Shown here piece after piece: positions 63,242 to 64,000 of a stretch of 64,000 bases of DNA (its first letter is position 1; every line of letters starts with the position of its first letter). The notes under the pieces were generated by a model. The model did no database searches, was not told the origin of the DNA, and saw only the letters and a program-made list of their open reading frames with translations. Both the position numbers and the translations under genes were made by a program. The stretch spans positions 40,858,001-40,922,000 of the forward strand of contig NC_043007.1 in the NCBI RefSeq assembly GCF_006345805.1. Reading direction: 5' to 3'. Origin of the DNA: Octopus sinensis (Eukaryota).

Positions 63242-64000
63242 TTTGAATTTGAAAACACTGAAAATGGGAGCATACCCTTTCGGCTTGTTATCGCTTCTGA
63301 GATCTGTTCCAAACTAACAGTGCCAACAAACTCAAATATGCAAGAGAAAAATTTCTGCTCTCCCCTTTCCACCAGCGTGGGTTAAAATCAGCAAACACTA
63401 TGCTTTTTTCGGTAAAATCCGAGACAATAAGTAGAGAGAGATGAATTATAATTTCAACAATTGAGGGTAAAATTAATTAATTAATTGATCAATTTCACCA
63501 AGTATTCAGTATGCAAAGGGACCATTTAAGGCAAATTCAAATTATTACATTATATAAAAGGGCTAGTAAAATAAATTACTTTGCCGCATACTGAACTCGT
63601 TAGAAATAGCAGCTAAAAAAACTATTTCTAACACTAAAGAAAACCTCTCTCATATAGTGTTTGCTCAATTCAACTCAAGAAAGTATGAGGGTAGAGACAT
63701 TCTTTAAGTGTTAGAAATAGTTTTTTTAGCTGCTATTTCTAACGAGTTCAGTATGCGGCAAAGTAATTTATTTACTAAGCCCTTTTATATAATGTAATAA
63801 TTTGAATTTGCCTTAAATGGTCCCTTTGCATACTGAATACTTGGTGTGAAATTGATCAATTAATTAATTAATTTTACCCTCAATTGTTGAAATTATAATT
63901 CATCTCTCTCTACTTAATTGTCTCGGATTTTACCGAAAAAAGCATAGTGTTTGCTGATTTTAACCCACGCTGGTGGAAAGGGGAGAGCAGAAATTTTTCT

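Larger units (their letters stand above)
62351..64000 (-). repeat. Tandem array of ~549-bp hammerhead-containing units (retrozyme-like): 62351-62900, 62901-63448, partial 63449-63701, then inverted from 63700 to the window end
   Basis: Units nearly identical, differing mostly by 1-bp indels; array abuts (TA)n at its left end. Confidence 0.95.

Overview
AT-rich, microsatellite- and SINE-dense animal DNA. The repeat families look like those of a coleoid cephalopod, probably Octopus (inferred from recognition, not tested). The coding content is a + strand tandem cluster of divergent SLC22-family (OCT/OAT-like, MFS fold) transporter genes. It comprises the last 4 exons of copy A (738-12382), a complete 10-exon copy B (20784-41842, 569 aa, all splice phases consistent), a scrambled pseudogene (exons 4-5 inverted at 53406-54911, a stop-riddled exon 10 at 56969-57154), and exon 1 of copy C (61598-61736). 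Introns and spacers hold an R4/Dong-like RLE LINE stacked with other elements in (TAA)n tracts, Tx1/L1 and RTE LINE fragments, three tRNA-derived SINE families, maT, mariner and Chapaev-like remnants, several MITEs/foldbacks and Penelope-like remnants. The most notable non-coding signal is a set of hammerhead ribozyme motifs. A ~549-bp tandem array at the right end carries a canonical type I hammerhead in each complete unit (retrozyme-like) and flips orientation at a fold-back junction. Three short dispersed elements carry minimal hammerheads with a non-canonical core, and two decayed hammerheads sit at Penelope-like remnants.
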